In this document: positions 11,801 to 24,979 of the stretch, piece after piece
Layout of the letters: the number at the start of each line of letters is the position of its first letter
Position numbering within the stretch: the first letter of the stretch is position 1
From: Laetmonice hystrix
Taxonomy: Eukaryota
NCBI GenBank assembly: GCA_965235115.1
Contig: OZ249447.1
Coordinates: forward strand, 15,500,001-15,564,000
Direction of reading: 5' to 3'
Length of the DNA stretch: 64,000 bases
Translations under genes and position numbers: made by a program
The notes under the pieces: model-generated
What the model was told of the DNA's origin: nothing
What the model saw: the letters and a program-made list of their open reading frames with translations, nothing else
Database searches by the model: none

Positions 11801-12163
11801 AGAAGGGGCACATGCATAAGTTTCCTCACGTTAATAGTTAGGCCTGTGTCTAATCCAACATGGAGACGTAGTTGGAAAGGGGGGGTAGTTTTTGGGGAGA
11901 CAGCATATTTATTCAACTCCTGTACTGAGAGACGACAAACAGATTCTGTCACAGATAGACAGATTGGACAGACCGGCAGCGAGGACGACACGATGACAGG
12001 AAAGTTCCAAGTTTCCAGTCTTGAGGATGACGTCAGTGTACTGGTTGGTGTGGCGGAGTTGCGTCATTCGCTTCATGAACTGTCGGCAGTAGTCGGAGTC
12101 GGAGAAACTGAGGCCTTGTCTGGCCACCGAGTCAGCACTGAACGCGGGCAACACTACCGCCAT
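8645..12163 (-). CDS. BTB-BACK-Kelch (kelch-like, KLHL24-type architecture) protein, 577 aa, six coding exons
   Basis: join(complement): 12163-11974, 11527-11364, 10947-10772, 10453-10322, 10069-9160, 8806-8645 = 1734 nt; all introns GT..AG with phases 1,0,2,2,0; BTB (TDVILKTG..CHRVVLAAASEYFHGMFTSGLEE), BACK (NCIGFYKFA..SEDTVYEAVTMWV) and six kelch repeats. Confidence 0.95.
9160..10069 (-). CDS. Kelch-like coding exon 5 (end of BACK and five kelch repeats)
   Basis: ccatttttcag|ACGT acceptor; AAG|gtatac donor; LVVVGG, ILVTGG, IYVVGG motifs with downstream Y/F-D..W. Confidence 0.95.
10322..10453 (-). CDS. Kelch-like coding exon 4 (BACK)
   Basis: atgtttcag|G..AG|gtacgg; LTEFRQLTVDDLEEYICDDLLEVPSEDTVYEAVTMWVRASEED. 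Confidence 0.93.
10469..10658. repeat. 58-bp intronic minisatellite, about 3.3 copies
   Basis: CTACACCGACTTGGTTCAAAAACAGTCTCATCATCCCTGCTTACCTCTCATTCC repeats within the Kelch intron. Confidence 0.9.
10772..10947 (-). CDS. Kelch-like coding exon 3 (BTB end, BACK start)
   Basis: gtttgacag|GCA..AG|gtagtg; ASEQFQFKGLKMACEDFMLPQIGPSNCIGFYKFAKLY. Confidence 0.93.
11364..11527 (-). CDS. Kelch-like coding exon 2 (BTB)
   Basis: ggttag|CG..CAG|gtgagc; SEYFHGMFTSGLEEAMSGVIEIKGTDADTMASLLEYIYSS. Confidence 0.94.
11974..12163 (-). CDS. Kelch-like coding exon 1 (BTB start)
   Basis: ATG directly follows an acceptor (tctctcggcag|ATG), implying an upstream exon; ends HRVVLAA G|gtctgt and joins exon 2 in frame. 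Confidence 0.9.
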
Positions 12164-13354
12164 CTGCCGAGAGACATAGCAGTCACATCAATTTAGAAGC
12201 TGAGACTGTGGATAGAGGTACCGATTCTCGTGATTGTAGATACAGTAGTGTAGGAAGGAAAAAAATATTGGGGGGGGGGGGCAGAAGTGACGTCACAATA
12301 ACTTACACCGACGGCTCTGCATTGAGCCTGTGGTAATTTTATAAATATTAATATTGGGGGGGGGGGGGGGGCAGCCCCCTCTGCCCCCCGTTTTCTACAT
12401 CCGATAGAGGTACCTATACTCATAGTCCTACTTGTATCATAGCGTAGTCTTTGAGTTGAACGGTATTGATGACTTAAATGTGGAAACTGTTTGTGCATTA
12501 TGGTTGACACTGTCTGTGTGTGTGTGTGGGGGGGGGGGGGGTCTTCATGGGCGAGGGAGCTAAAATTATGCTACTTTCTACGACTTCAGGTAGGCCATAT
12601 GGAACAGCCTACACTGTTCACACAGCCACTGAGGTTTGAGAAGTCTACGGGTCTAAGGAAATAGAACTGACAACAGAAGGTGACATTTTTAATTTGGATT
12701 ATTGACTATTGAAACGGGCCCACGATTATTGTAACATGCCTACGACTGTTGTACATAACAGGCCTATGACTATTGTACACAACAGGCCTATGACTATTGT
12801 AACGCGGGGCCTAAGACTATGTATAATGATCATGATGGGCCCAATCTAATTAAAATTAGGCCCTAGATCTCAGTTATTTCGCATGCGCTCCACACTTGAC
12901 TAAGAGACGCGGAATACCAAGATCTGATTTTAATTAGATTGATGATGGGCCTACACTGTCGATTATTGTACTATTTGTAGCCTGTAGCCTGTATCCAGTG
13001 ACACTGTAGTGTAGGCGTACCGTACGTCAGGAGACCCCCCCCCCCCGCCCCCGAGTAGCCTAGAGAGTAGACCTAGTTATCAGGATGGCGTAGACGCCGT
13101 AGTAACTGGGTCCATATCTACGCAGTGCCCTGACTGAGCCTGTGAGAGGGAGGGATCTATGTACATGCACAGTGACAGTCCACGCATTACTGTCATGGCA
13201 ATGTTAGAACTTAGTTCACTTCGAGTCTGACCTTGACTTGAGCCAGTTGAGGTGGGCGGGGGGGGGGGGGCTAGGTCATGCACAGATGCCCTATCCATTC
13301 TTTTGGAGCATCCCCTCCGCCATCCCTATAATTATCACACCAATCTCAGCCCAG

Positions 13355-13508
13355 GGCCCGGTTTCTCGAAAATACTTAAGTCTAAGTTTCACTCAACTTT
13401 ACTTAACTCCGGAAATGGAGGATTCACATTGGCTAAAAACGTTCTTTTGAGTAGATTTGAGTGAAACTTAGACTTAAGTATACTTAAGTATGTTCGAGAA
13501 ATCGGGCC
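13355..13508. mobile_element. PIF/Harbinger-type MITE, 154 bp, CAG TSD
   Basis: TIRs GGCCCGGTTTCTCGAA / TTCGAGAAATCGGGCC plus subterminal inverted TACTTAAGTCTAAGTTTCACTCAA; CAG at 13352-13354 and 13509-13511. 3-bp CWG TSDs occur in animal Harbingers. Confidence 0.85.
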
Positions 13509-16500
13509 CAGGTGGGCGTGCCTCCGCGTACTGACAGTCACCGTGGGCAGCCTACCTCGTCCTCACTGACCTCAGGCTCAGCAGCCGACACCTCACCCCG
13601 CTCGATCCCGGTGTCACACGCCCCCCTCGTTTTACTGGCTGTGCAATCCAGAGTGATCGTTCCGACAGCGCCGTCTCTCACATAGCGATTTCACCTTCAC
13701 GCACGGAAAACGGCCCAAACACAGAATTTCTCCGAATCACAGCCTCCGTCTCTCCTCAATGTTTTCGTTTTGGAGGATGGGAGGGATTCCCCGAATGAAA
13801 ACGAGGGTCGAAATATCAGAACGAGGCAGTTGGGATTTCCCTCTTCACGCTGGCTAGACTGCTTCACTGTTCTCCCGTTAGGGGGCCTGCGGCAGGCTGA
13901 CTCTCGGAGCGCCGGATAAGACAGAAAGGTAAGCATACCTTAAGTTACTATAAGCGGTATCATGGTTCCAGTTCTAGAACAACTCCTTGTCTACAACAAT
14001 AGAGCATTTTCAGAGCCTAAACGTTCTTAGACTTAGTCACAGAACAGGGCTTGGCCTATCCTAACAAAGTCGAACAGCATGGCCCCTGAATGGCCTGATA
14101 CTACTTTTACTAGGCCTAGGCCTACTGACTGTCTAGTTGGCTATACTGTAGACTCTACTGATAGATCTAAAAGGAAGCAGCTACCTACTTAGTTGCCCTA
14201 GAGCTTAGGGTATAGCTCTACAGATCTATAGGCCTACTATACGAATCTCGGGGGCGATTATAGATCTACCGCTTGAACTCTTAAAGCACGGTGTAGGCAA
14301 TAGGCCCCCCTATAGGTTCCTATTTATCAACTCGGTCTATCAGTTTGCATAAGTTGAAAATCTTGTCAAACTTTCTCCGTGTTGACCTAAGCCTAAGGGT
14401 AAGCCGCCTATCTTAATTTTCTGTGGTGCCAGGAACCTGTCGATTTCATTAACCAATCCCATGCATCAGTAAAAATGAACACTTCTCGCCCCCATCCCTC
14501 CAGTCTAGAGCCATTAATCGCGACTGACTCCGGACCTAGATCCCCCCCCCCCCCCCCCCCCAACCAACCAAAATGAACACATCAGAGAGACGTCAGCCAC
14601 CCACGATTATTGTTTGTGTACAAGCCATGTTTGAGGTCCCAGGCTCACAATGAGGAGGCCTGGCCCTCGTGTGTGCAAGCTCTGCGTTCACTACGCAACC
14701 TTTGTGGATACGGCGTCCGTGTTCCCTTCATAACAGCCCACCAGGTGCATGACTGAGCATTTGGCACGAGACATAAGTTTCAAAGTAAACTTCACCTCCG
14801 TTTGTTAACCGCAATCGACACCAGAAAGTCAACATGGAAGAGTCAACATTCACGACGCGGCAGACAGAATTTATGGCGGGATATCAGCTGGTCGGAGGCA
14901 GACGAACTTCTTAGGAAGATGTTGCCGCTTTTCCGAAGTACATGTATTATAGGCCCAAGTAAGTGTATAGGTAATAGGTCTATTTAGGCCTTTCCGAAGC
15001 CGCTTTGAGCCGAGATCACTGAATGGGCGTTGTGCCTACTTCTTTCACAAAGTATTTTAGAATTTGTAGCATATATGTCACGATAAAGTAATGTGCGTAA
15101 ACTGCATGAAACTTTCTATGTATTATTAGATTTCTTCTCACGCCCACGGAGTATTTTAATATGCTCCACATACGCCTACACTTCGGGAGAACTGTTGGAG
15201 TTGTAGGCCTGTAAAATGTATCGGCAGACAGGATCTATCTTATCAAATGTAATATGACCACAACGTTGATGCCAGGGTTTTGTGCGATATTTTTGACATG
15301 CAAAACAAAGCCGCCAAAGACAAAACACTGTAAATGGAAACACTAGATCACATGGGATGACGACGGGACACGCTTTGAGAGCACCTCCTCACCAGGCGGC
15401 GCTGTTGTCGACCGACCGTCTAGCCGTGTCCGTGTATTACATACACCCCGCTTGTAATCTCCCTTGGATGTGACTTGTAAGCGGAGACTGCCATCGACCG
15501 AGCCACCCAACATTAAGCTTAGATTGGTTTACCTAACACCTGATGCTTTGGTCACCCGGTGTTATAGTGTGTCAACCAATCACATCGTGGTCTCGGTGGC
15601 ACCAAGTCAGCCCTGGTTGAATTTGGATCCTGATCCCGGAGAGTTCGACTCGCCCGAGAACAAACCGAACGCGACAGGCGTCACGCAAAGAGCCAATCAA
15701 AACGGGTATCAGCACTTGAAAGACGACTCGGGGTGGCGTCGTAAAAAGTCGCAGCTCCTGTATCAGTCTGTGGTTTCGCCATTAATAAAATTTCGATCCT
15801 GCAGCTTTAATATGCGACAGGTACCTTTCATACGGCAGAGACTATATGTGAGACTTTACAGGGGGACATATGTACACGAGTGTAGGCCCAGGACTACAAC
15901 CATCGCTATAAGCTGTACACGTATACTTATTTTTATTTGAATCCGCATTTACACTGAGCTATATAACGGTGGATCAAAGTCATTTTGCACTAAAGGCCTA
16001 GGAAAGTTCTGTTATCTAATAAGATACTTTCATTAAAAATGCGTGCCATATCTCAATCAGTAGCTGTAATCGCGTATACGTACTCTACCGTATCCTGGCG
16101 GTGTCCACGATAATTAATGCCGTACATACTGAGGAATCCTGGCACACACCGTTTACCCCGGTAATGTGGTATACGTATCCCAGCATTAAGTGATGATCGA
16201 CCCCTTGTCGGCTGGCCTGGCCACCGGCGCCACTCGACGGGAGCCGTCCGCCCCGGCGTGTGATCATTGACCTTACACCGGCCTGCACGGAGTCTCAAAC
16301 ACGGCGTCTCAAACAGGACGTCTCCAACACGGCTCCGTGCAGTCAAGGCGGGACAGTCCGACCGTGCTCTACCTGATCGTCTCTCGCCTTGCACACCTGA
16401 GAAAACTTCAAACGTTTTGTTTTAAAAATGATAGACGCCTGAATTCTCATGCATGGTTGCGATTTTCTGGAAGACGTCGCGGATTTCTAAACAGGTGTTT

Positions 16501-16647
16501 GTCTCTATATGGTGCATGGCACCTTGAAAACTTATTATCGCTGGTTCAGTTGATTTAAAGGCGTCCGTAGGATGGCTTATTCCACTGACACGTTGACGTT
16601 GTAGTTGACTTTCCGATGATCATTATTTTTGTCGCTGGAATGAGGCG

Positions 16648-16680
16648 CTGATTGGCACTGCGCATTGATTGGTGACGTAT
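16648..16680 (+). promoter_or_regulatory. Candidate promoter: two inverted CCAAT boxes and a CRE-like site
   Basis: ATTGG at 16651 and 16668, TGACGT at 16673, in CpG-rich DNA upstream of the first PET-LIM candidate exon. Confidence 0.35.
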
Positions 16681-17976
16681 GTGCTCGGCAGACGACATCA
16701 GTGGAAACATCAAGGCGCGTCCGGCCTGGCTTCAAACGCTGGCCTTTGGCTGCTGTTACATTCGGGGATTAGGCTGTCCACTGGCATGACACCGACAGTC
16801 TACCAAGTTGGGACCTATACAGGGGCCGTCTGTGCGGCCCAGTCCCGGCTGCCGGCTCGTCATTGACTAGGCCTAAATCCTCACGACTTGGTTTGGGACG
16901 GCGGTCTCGGAGCTTGCAGATCGGCTGCGTGGAGGCCCGCCGTAGAGACATGCCGTAGATTCCATAATAAAGCCATCGCACACTGGCCCGACATCCGCTA
17001 ACAGGTAACGTCTGATTCGATATGTGTATGTGACAGATGCTAGGGCACACGAGGGGAGACATGGGCTGCTTACAACCCATATACAAGTATCCACATTTAT
17101 TTGAAAATAACGTATTTTACACCCGTGTGTGTGCAGTCCCAGTGATCAGGGGTGACGGACCAAGAACTGAAGTCAGTATGCATGTTGTTACGTTTAATGT
17201 AACATTATGATCGTACGTATTATTTACCAACATGCAATCAGTGGTCGAGGTCTTCACTGATGAGTATCGTTCTACCATACAGGTACGCTATAATCTCAGC
17301 CGCGGAGGTCTGGCTTTTTGTTGTTGCCTAAATGCTTAAAATTAATTATCTACAGCAAGTCTCTTGATTTCTAGATAAGGTGTTGGACACTTTACCTGTC
17401 AAATCTATAATAGCTTTATAGTTTTGTTGTAATCAAGTTGTGGACAAACATTTCATTTGGACTTTGCGGATTGTTTTATTTTAGCATCACATTCTTCATT
17501 ATACATGTGTACTCAAATAATTATTTTGGATTTAGATGTACATGTACTGTTATTACAATTAAATGTTACTAGATCATAACCCTGAGGGATTTTTGCCTTG
17601 GGTTTTAAGAGGTCTTCCGATATGGGTCCTTACACCCGCCCTGTACATGACGTCTCCACAGACACTCAAGGATAAAACTCCAACACAGACAGGTCAAGGG
17701 TTGTTATAGGTGACATAGCCAGCCCATATGATAGTCTGTAGAGGAGGCCTGTTATCATCCTATCAAAGTCCAATCAGTCTATGCATGTATATATACATTA
17801 TCAGCACACGCGTGGTATACTCATTATACCAGGCATGCAATGGCTTAGATCTACTGTTGCACGCAGGCCATTTGGGGAATGATTGATACATGTATATTTA
17901 GGATATTCATATAGAGGAGCCCCCCATCGCCCCCATCCCGATTGCCCCATTCTTCGTTCACTCTCTTCATATTCCC

Positions 17977-18163
17977 NNNNNNNNNNNNNNNNNNNNNNNN
18001 NNNNNNNNNNNNNNNNNNNNNNNNNNNNNNNNNNNNNNNNNNNNNNNNNNNNNNNNNNNNNNNNNNNNNNNNNNNNNNNNNNNNNNNNNNNNNNNNNNNN
18101 NNNNNNNNNNNNNNNNNNNNNNNNNNNNNNNNNNNNNNNNNNNNNNNNNNNNNNNNNNNNNNN
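17977..18163. other. Assembly gap (187 N)
   Basis: Run of n. Confidence 1.
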
Positions 18164-19326
18164 ATACAATTCTGTAGAAACACCTAAGTTGACATTTTAT
18201 CATTTCTCAAACTTTAGCAACACACGACATTTAGCAATTTGCTGTATCTCTCAGCCCCCTTTGCCGTAATACCACCTCCGTTACCGTAATACCACCTCCG
18301 TCTAACAAGGATTGCGTTGTTCACGTTTCCGGACCTTGAGCTGACACTGGTACAAACGGTCCTGTGAGAAGTGTATGTGTTGTGTATAGGGCTCCTGTAA
18401 GGCCCTACATTAGGTATAGTGTATGTAGGTCCTGGGGCCAGCGTGATTGTTCCCTGTGAGAACAGGCCCACACCACTATGTGTGTTATGATCATCCCTCT
18501 AATAAGCATCATTTCAATGGGAGGTCAATCAAGGTCGTAGGCTGTCAGTTATCTGCCGGTCGAGTCACGGCTGTAATGCCACTCGAAACCCGCTCTATCT
18601 TAGCACCCTCTAACAGTTGATATAACCGAGGGACCACAAACTTGACACGTAGGAAAGGGCCACCAATTGTTAATGGCTGGAGCTATAATAGCAGTTTTAG
18701 ACAGCAATCTAACATCGATGTTGCCTTTTTCCCACACCAAATTATATAATTATACAGAACGATTCCATGCCTCACTACCCATTTTCCCGTTCCTTAAATG
18801 GTCACTAATCACCAACATTTTGTGTATGTATAGAGTAGTGCGCGTTGGCGCTAGGGACTTTGTGTGTATGTGTGTATATATACAGTAGTGCGTCACTAAT
18901 ACCCATTCCGCTGCACGGCTCTTGCACCTTATATGGCGTGCAATCCCTGCCCACTGGATTCAGTAGAGGGGCGGGCATTTTATCTACTTCCACTCAGTTT
19001 CACCTCAATTGCCGCAAGCAGTCTGCCCGCCACCCGCCTCTGTCCGTCTAGTCCCCCGCCCTTGGTCCCTGACGTAGTTCTTTGATAGACCACCAGGGGT
19101 CGAGGTAATCTGTGTCACCACGACGGGATAACGTCACCTATATATTTATATCTGGAGGGTGCATCAAGGCACAGTGTCACGTTTGTGAGTTGTGTATATC
19201 GGAGTGGATTATTGTTCTGTGTGTATATATAAATATATCTCAATATTCCGCAGGCCTTCCCACTCTGGAGGTATACTTTAGGACAATGCCAGGTCGGCCT
19301 CACCCACCAGCATGCCTTCTCCAGGT

Positions 19327-19404
19327 ATGACGAACCTCGAGGCCATCCAGCGCTACCTCCTCGCCCTGGAGGAGGCCAAGAACGCTGCTCCTCCTGTCTA
19401 TAAG
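19327..19404 (+). CDS. Candidate alternative first coding exon A of the PET-LIM gene (MTNLEAIQRYLLALEEAKNAAPPVYK)
   Basis: cttctccag|GTATG.. acceptor, AAG|gtacga donor, coding-like codon usage, phase 0 compatible with 31370. The assignment is inferred. Confidence 0.55.
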
Positions 19405-21856
19405 GTACGAATCCCTAACTCACTCATTTGGTTGATTTTGTCTGAGATGGTTGTGTTAAACGTTGACATTTTCTCTCCCGGTCATTGTTCGGGCAGTCAG
19501 TATACGACCCTGGGTGCCGACCGGCGTGCATTCAGACACCGCCACCTTTCACGGCTGTCTCGGGTATACACGAAATGTAAATTCCGTGCCAAGGCTATTA
19601 TGTATTTATTGGTGAGGGTTGTAAAAACCTTGCCACGCTGAGGGTATACGTAGGATACGTCATGCACGTCGGGCTTTAAATGACACTGGGTAATAGAGGA
19701 GTGCACAGAGCACCTATAAAGGTTGGGAGTTAGTGCATGGATGTCAGAAAGCCGGAGGCTGAGACCGTTGTGAGTGTAGAGGGTTAATATAGGCTGATAA
19801 AGCTTGGATCCACAGGGCACCCTTGTATAGTAGTGCACATTGGATATAGGATTTATGGATATAGGATATATGATCCAAATAAATCGAGAAAAGGAAAAAC
19901 TTCCGTTTTGGAGTTTCTCACATAGGAAAGCCGGTCCTTACGCCTAAAGACCCTACTAAAGGAGAATTACCTGTTATATACTGTATACCTGTGCGAACCA
20001 TATGTGTCTGTGCGTGGTGACAATGGCCGCTCTGTTCTTCCTATAGCCTAATAGGCATTAATGTAGAGGTCAAAGGTCGTCATGAAACATGTATGTTAAC
20101 AGCACGACATCCTTAACATAAGAAGCACGCTGGAGTGACCACGTTTTCTAACCCAGGTATGGCGAGGTATGCAGCAGGTACTCGGTCACAATGATGGCAT
20201 TATGATAAAGGGGAAAATAATTGACAAAAACGTAGATATTCAACCCGCTGTGTGGAAGCAGTTGCTGAGTTACGCATAAATCTGAACGCCAGTGTAACCA
20301 GAAGTCAGGGGTTCCGAGACAGGGGGTAGGAGAGTTCAGGGTTTCTACCCGTTAATTCCTGACCTTGGTGTTACCCTGCTGAGGGAGTTAAGAAAGTAGG
20401 CGTCAGATGAGGTAACTGTAATTCTAAGAGAGGCTCTGAAATACAGACGTTGATGTGTATGCCATGGTGGCCCCTTCACTGGGCAACTGTTATGACGTAT
20501 TGCATGCCCTTTGCTCTGTGAATCATGAAATAATGAATGACAAACACACTTTCAACACTTGAAATGCATAAACCCTCAGCCAAGGCGCTACCATAATCAT
20601 TGCCAGATTGTATTCTAAAATATATACCTCAAAGTGTTCGTAAACTATGTGGAGATGAATGAAAAATCTAGCACTGATTGCTCTTATGATTTTAGTATAT
20701 TTCATTCAGGACTGCACAAAAACACATAAAAGTCGGCTATTCAGATCTAAGATCAGAGTGTTTCACTAATGTCTGTAACTCAAAAATAGTCAGTTCAATG
20801 GATAGCCTTCCGTTTACCGCTTTTAAATTGTTTCAAAATGAGTTCAGTTCAATTGCTTTTCATGAAAGAGGCAGCTGCAACCGCCCATTCAAACTGATGT
20901 GCAGTTAGTTTTCTTTACATGATTACCTAAAACAGCTAGATTTCTTCTTGTTTGGTCCATTGTGATCGTCGTAACCTTGAATGGATCACTTGATTCTGAA
21001 GTGTCCATGCCTTAGCAATACCCCAAAGTAATGAATGATAATGACATCTCGCTAATTAGTTGGCCGTGTGCCTTTCACTGTGGACACCACTCTGACATGA
21101 ATAAAACGCGGCCCATATTTGCGGACGGAGTCACCCGAGTCTTTGCGTTTTTTTTTTCTTATTCAAAATAAAACAATCCCGTCTTATGGCGGAAAGGCTT
21201 ATTGTCGTCTGCCTCGCTTATCATGTGACATGCCTACCGCCAGGCGAGTCCAATCGATCAAGCAGAGCGACGGAAGTGTAATTGACTCGAAACACAATTT
21301 TCAATTGGATTAATGAACTTTGGAGCCGGTCGTTGTGTGTAGGTGTGCCTGGCCGCCTGCAACTGACAGGTCCAGGCGAGCCTCCTACTCCAGTGTACAG
21401 ATAGTCTAGACCCAGGGGAAAACAGTACATGTACTTAATTGATGGAAATGCTCTCCTTGTTACATAATATCCGTCAAAAACATTTCAGGAATTGAGATGC
21501 AGGAGCAGGTCGACGATTAAAAATGTTACAAGGCCTTCCAGGGAAAGCTGCGAAAGGGTGTCCGACAGGGGTCTAGTTTAGGATGGCATTGGGATGGCAT
21601 TGGCTTAGATTCATAAATATATTAGTCCCAGGCACCGGACTACGCCATCTTCACCTTCAGACACACCGAGTCACCGCCAGAGGTCGCCACAGGGGAGACG
21701 CCCCTGTCGTCAGACGAGATCCTAGTAGTATAGGAAAATGGCCCTCAGCACCAGGCGACAAGACAATATCGTAGCCATACAACACAAACATTACCAAAAG
21801 GTTAACGATACTGTCTGCAGGGCTATTCCCCGACGGTAACATTCCCGAAAATGTGG

Positions 21857-22273
21857 GTAGGGTTATGGACAGGGGCCAAGAGTAGGGGTTATGGTTATGG
21901 ACAGGGGGCGAGAGTGGGGTTTTGGTTATGGACAGGGGGCGAGAGTAGGGGTTATGGTTATGGACAGGGGGCGAGAGTGGGGTTTTGGTTATGGACAGGT
22001 GGCGAGAGTAGGGGTTATGGTTATGGACAGGGGGCGAGAGTAGGGGTTATGGTTATGGACAGGGGGCGAGAGTCGGGGTTTTGGTTATGGACAGGGGCCA
22101 AGAGTAGGGGTTATGGTTATGGACAGGGGGCGAGAGTAGGGGTTTTGGTTATGGACAGGGGGCGAGAGTGGGGTTTTGGTTATGGACAGGGGGCGAGATT
22201 AGGGGTTTTGGTTATGGACAGGGGGCGAGAGTAGGGGCTATGGTTATGGACAGGGGGCGAGAGTAGGGATTAT
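21857..22273. repeat. G-rich 31/32-bp minisatellite, about 13 copies
   Basis: ATGGAC at 21865, 21897, 21928, 21960, 21991 and 22023; alternating 32/31 gives a 63-bp dimer. Confidence 0.95.
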
Positions 22274-24886
22274 GTTTAGGTTTGGGGCTAGAATAAGTGA
22301 CATATGAAGTTCTTGCTACAAAGTTTCGTGGTCGTATTAACATGTGAGAGTAATACTGTTTGCAACTATACGTGTACAGCAGAAATGTGTTTGGTCGAAC
22401 AGGGATTGGTAGGCCTATAAAAGTACGACGAGATTAAATGAAGGGCGATTTACCGTCTTCACTCGAGCGTTCTGTTGCTTAAGATACCATCAACAAATAC
22501 AGCGTGTAACACACGAAAGCTGTATATATAAAATAATATTAGCTTTGTGAACCCAATAACCGGGTATAGCATCAGAGGCATGTGTCGTGAAACATGATCA
22601 GTCCATCTGAGAGCCCGGAAAAAAGGTTCAAAGATATAGAGACAAAACGTCTGGTACTGTTGACAGTGGCGCCGCCTAGTGCATTATTCATGCATTAGTC
22701 ACAGCGGAAGTTGTGGGCTCAGCCGGACTATTTCCGAACGTAATCTTCCACGAAAAAAAATCCGCTTCGTTGCTTATGACTTGCTTTCATTAACCTGCAT
22801 TGAAACATGGTAACTCTGAGCCCATAGTATTCCGTTAACAGTGACCTTTCACATGTATCCAAAGAAATGTACACCACTTTTCTATAACAGAATTAATCCT
22901 GGTGAAACGCTAATATAAACATGTGGACGAAACGCATTCGGAATAGGAAAACAACATGGAACTGGCTGCTATGTATGTATAGCGTCAGCTCACGCGTCCC
23001 TTCCGTCCAGACCAGCCGTTTTTCTACGCTGTTATTTGCTCAGCCAGTCCGCCACATTCACAAACCACTCGCGCTCGCAGCAAAACCTAAAACGGGGGAT
23101 GACGTTACGTCACATCGTCTGCTGAACTCGCCGTCCACGTCGCGTCGTCTGCGCGCTACCGGTTCCGCGTTCGTGTGCTGTAATTGGTGCAGAGTCAGGT
23201 TTCAGATGGCATGGAGTATTTGGATGGAGGGGTAGGGTGATTGTGCCATTGAGTGGACTCTCTTCTTCGCTAATGGAATGTCTAGTCGAGGTCTTATGGC
23301 TGTCGCCAGCAGTCTGCAGCAGTAACCACATGTTGAACCGTCACCGCGTCTACACATTACATCCGGGACCTGACTGGCATGAAGAGATTCAATAGTTCAG
23401 AGGTTCGATAAGGGCGTCTGATATTCGGAGGAAGGATGGGATTTTTATTTGGACCATAAGTCTCTGTCACAGACACGTTCTGCGTATGCCTAAAAGCCAG
23501 TGCCCCCCCCCCCCTCCGCTTTCCCATTACGGTTCTTTGGAACGGATCTGATCATGGGGGACCCACGAATGGCGTGGTGTCAAGGGGCCTACTTGAAAGT
23601 GCTTACATGAAATATACTTTAAAGGTATGCCTAGCTCTGTAGGGCCTTGTATTGGGGGAGGGGGGGGGGTCATTAAACAAATGTATTATTAATGTCTATG
23701 AGATGTTAGGAAGTGATGTCAAACTAACTATTATGGCCCCAACATGTATATCATTCATCACAAACTGTTAATGACTAATTCTCGTTCCGGAGGCCTGTAC
23801 ATTTAAATCAAATGCTGGAGTTTTAGATACAGGTGCGCTTTTTCTGAGAGAGACCACATGTATAGGGCCTATCTAATAAGGTGGCATTTCCATGGTCTCT
23901 GATATAATACATTTTGTAGTCAGTTTACGCCATCACACATAGTTAGTTATGTCAGTATGTCTCCCGGTTAATCGGGGCTTATGCTGTAAATGTCAACGAT
24001 CGTTGCCTTGTATCTTATGGTTTCCCCAGACAAATTCAGGTCCACTTATTTACAACGAGTGTGATTTACCAGTCTCTCGCCGTTTCCAGACTTTATTGCG
24101 TGATTTTGTAGAATATTTTGTAAGAGGAGTTATGATACTATATTTGTTAATGATATGAAAAATGTCACGGTGTGAACGGACACTGTGATGTCCATACATA
24201 CAAACACTGTACTTATGGGTATTTTAGCTGCCCTGTAGGCACTTAGTGTCTAGACCAGGCGACAAAGCCTATTTAACAGTCACCGTGTGTCTACATAATA
24301 CCCCGGGTCAACACCAGGCGGAATATTAAAAGTCTACACGGCTTCTAAATGTGTTACAGTTTACAGTGTCGACAATGCAGGCAGCTACAGTGGATTATAT
24401 TATGGACGCCGCTGTTGACATCGGCAGAAAAAAGATCATTTCTGCCCGAGAATGTGACACTCGATATGCGAAACCGGTCCGGTCGCTGACATTGGGGCGA
24501 CCAGGGGCTGGAACTAGGGCGGCAGTGGGGTGAGCACCTCGTAACGAGGCCGGCGTGTCGTATACACACCTTATAGAGTTTATATTATATCCCTTTATTA
24601 TTCCTGAAACATGGGTAAACAAACTGGGTTATTTTATAATTGACAAATTCATGCATTGACGTTTATAACATGTAGATGCAAACGTGTGCATACCATGGGT
24701 TCTAGGCCTACTGACAGAATAAGGAAGGGTGTAGGTAGAATAAATACTTGAAAAGAGAGTACATGTATACCACGAAATACTGAAACACGAACCTCAGTGA
24801 TATCAGGTTTTAAATTCTTCACGTGCCGCTAATCTTGTATCAAAGAAACTTTTACATGTTTTACCGGAATAATATATGACTAAAGA

Positions 24887-24979
24887 CAGGGGCGGGTCCA
24901 GGATATTGGTAAAGGGGGTGTGTGTTTAGGGAAAGAATTTGCTCAGGGGGGTCGCCTGCCCCCTCTCGATCCGCTAATG
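24887..24979. mobile_element. Short degenerate MITE related to 827-1059, with 5-bp TSD
   Basis: CAGGGGCGGGTCCAG ... CTCGATCCGCTAATG (10/15 complementary); AAAGA on both sides (24882-24886, 24980-24984). Confidence 0.65.

Noticed and set aside
15464-15940. 158-aa ORF between the Kelch and PET-LIM genes
   Set aside because: Non-ATG start, no domain-like pattern and no splice support.
17801-18269. ORFs containing X runs
   Set aside because: Artefacts of the N gap.
21851-22234. Gly/Tyr-rich ORF (RGYGYGQG) resembling structural proteins
   Set aside because: It is the translation of a 31/32-bp array that shifts frame every unit; no signal peptide or splice support.
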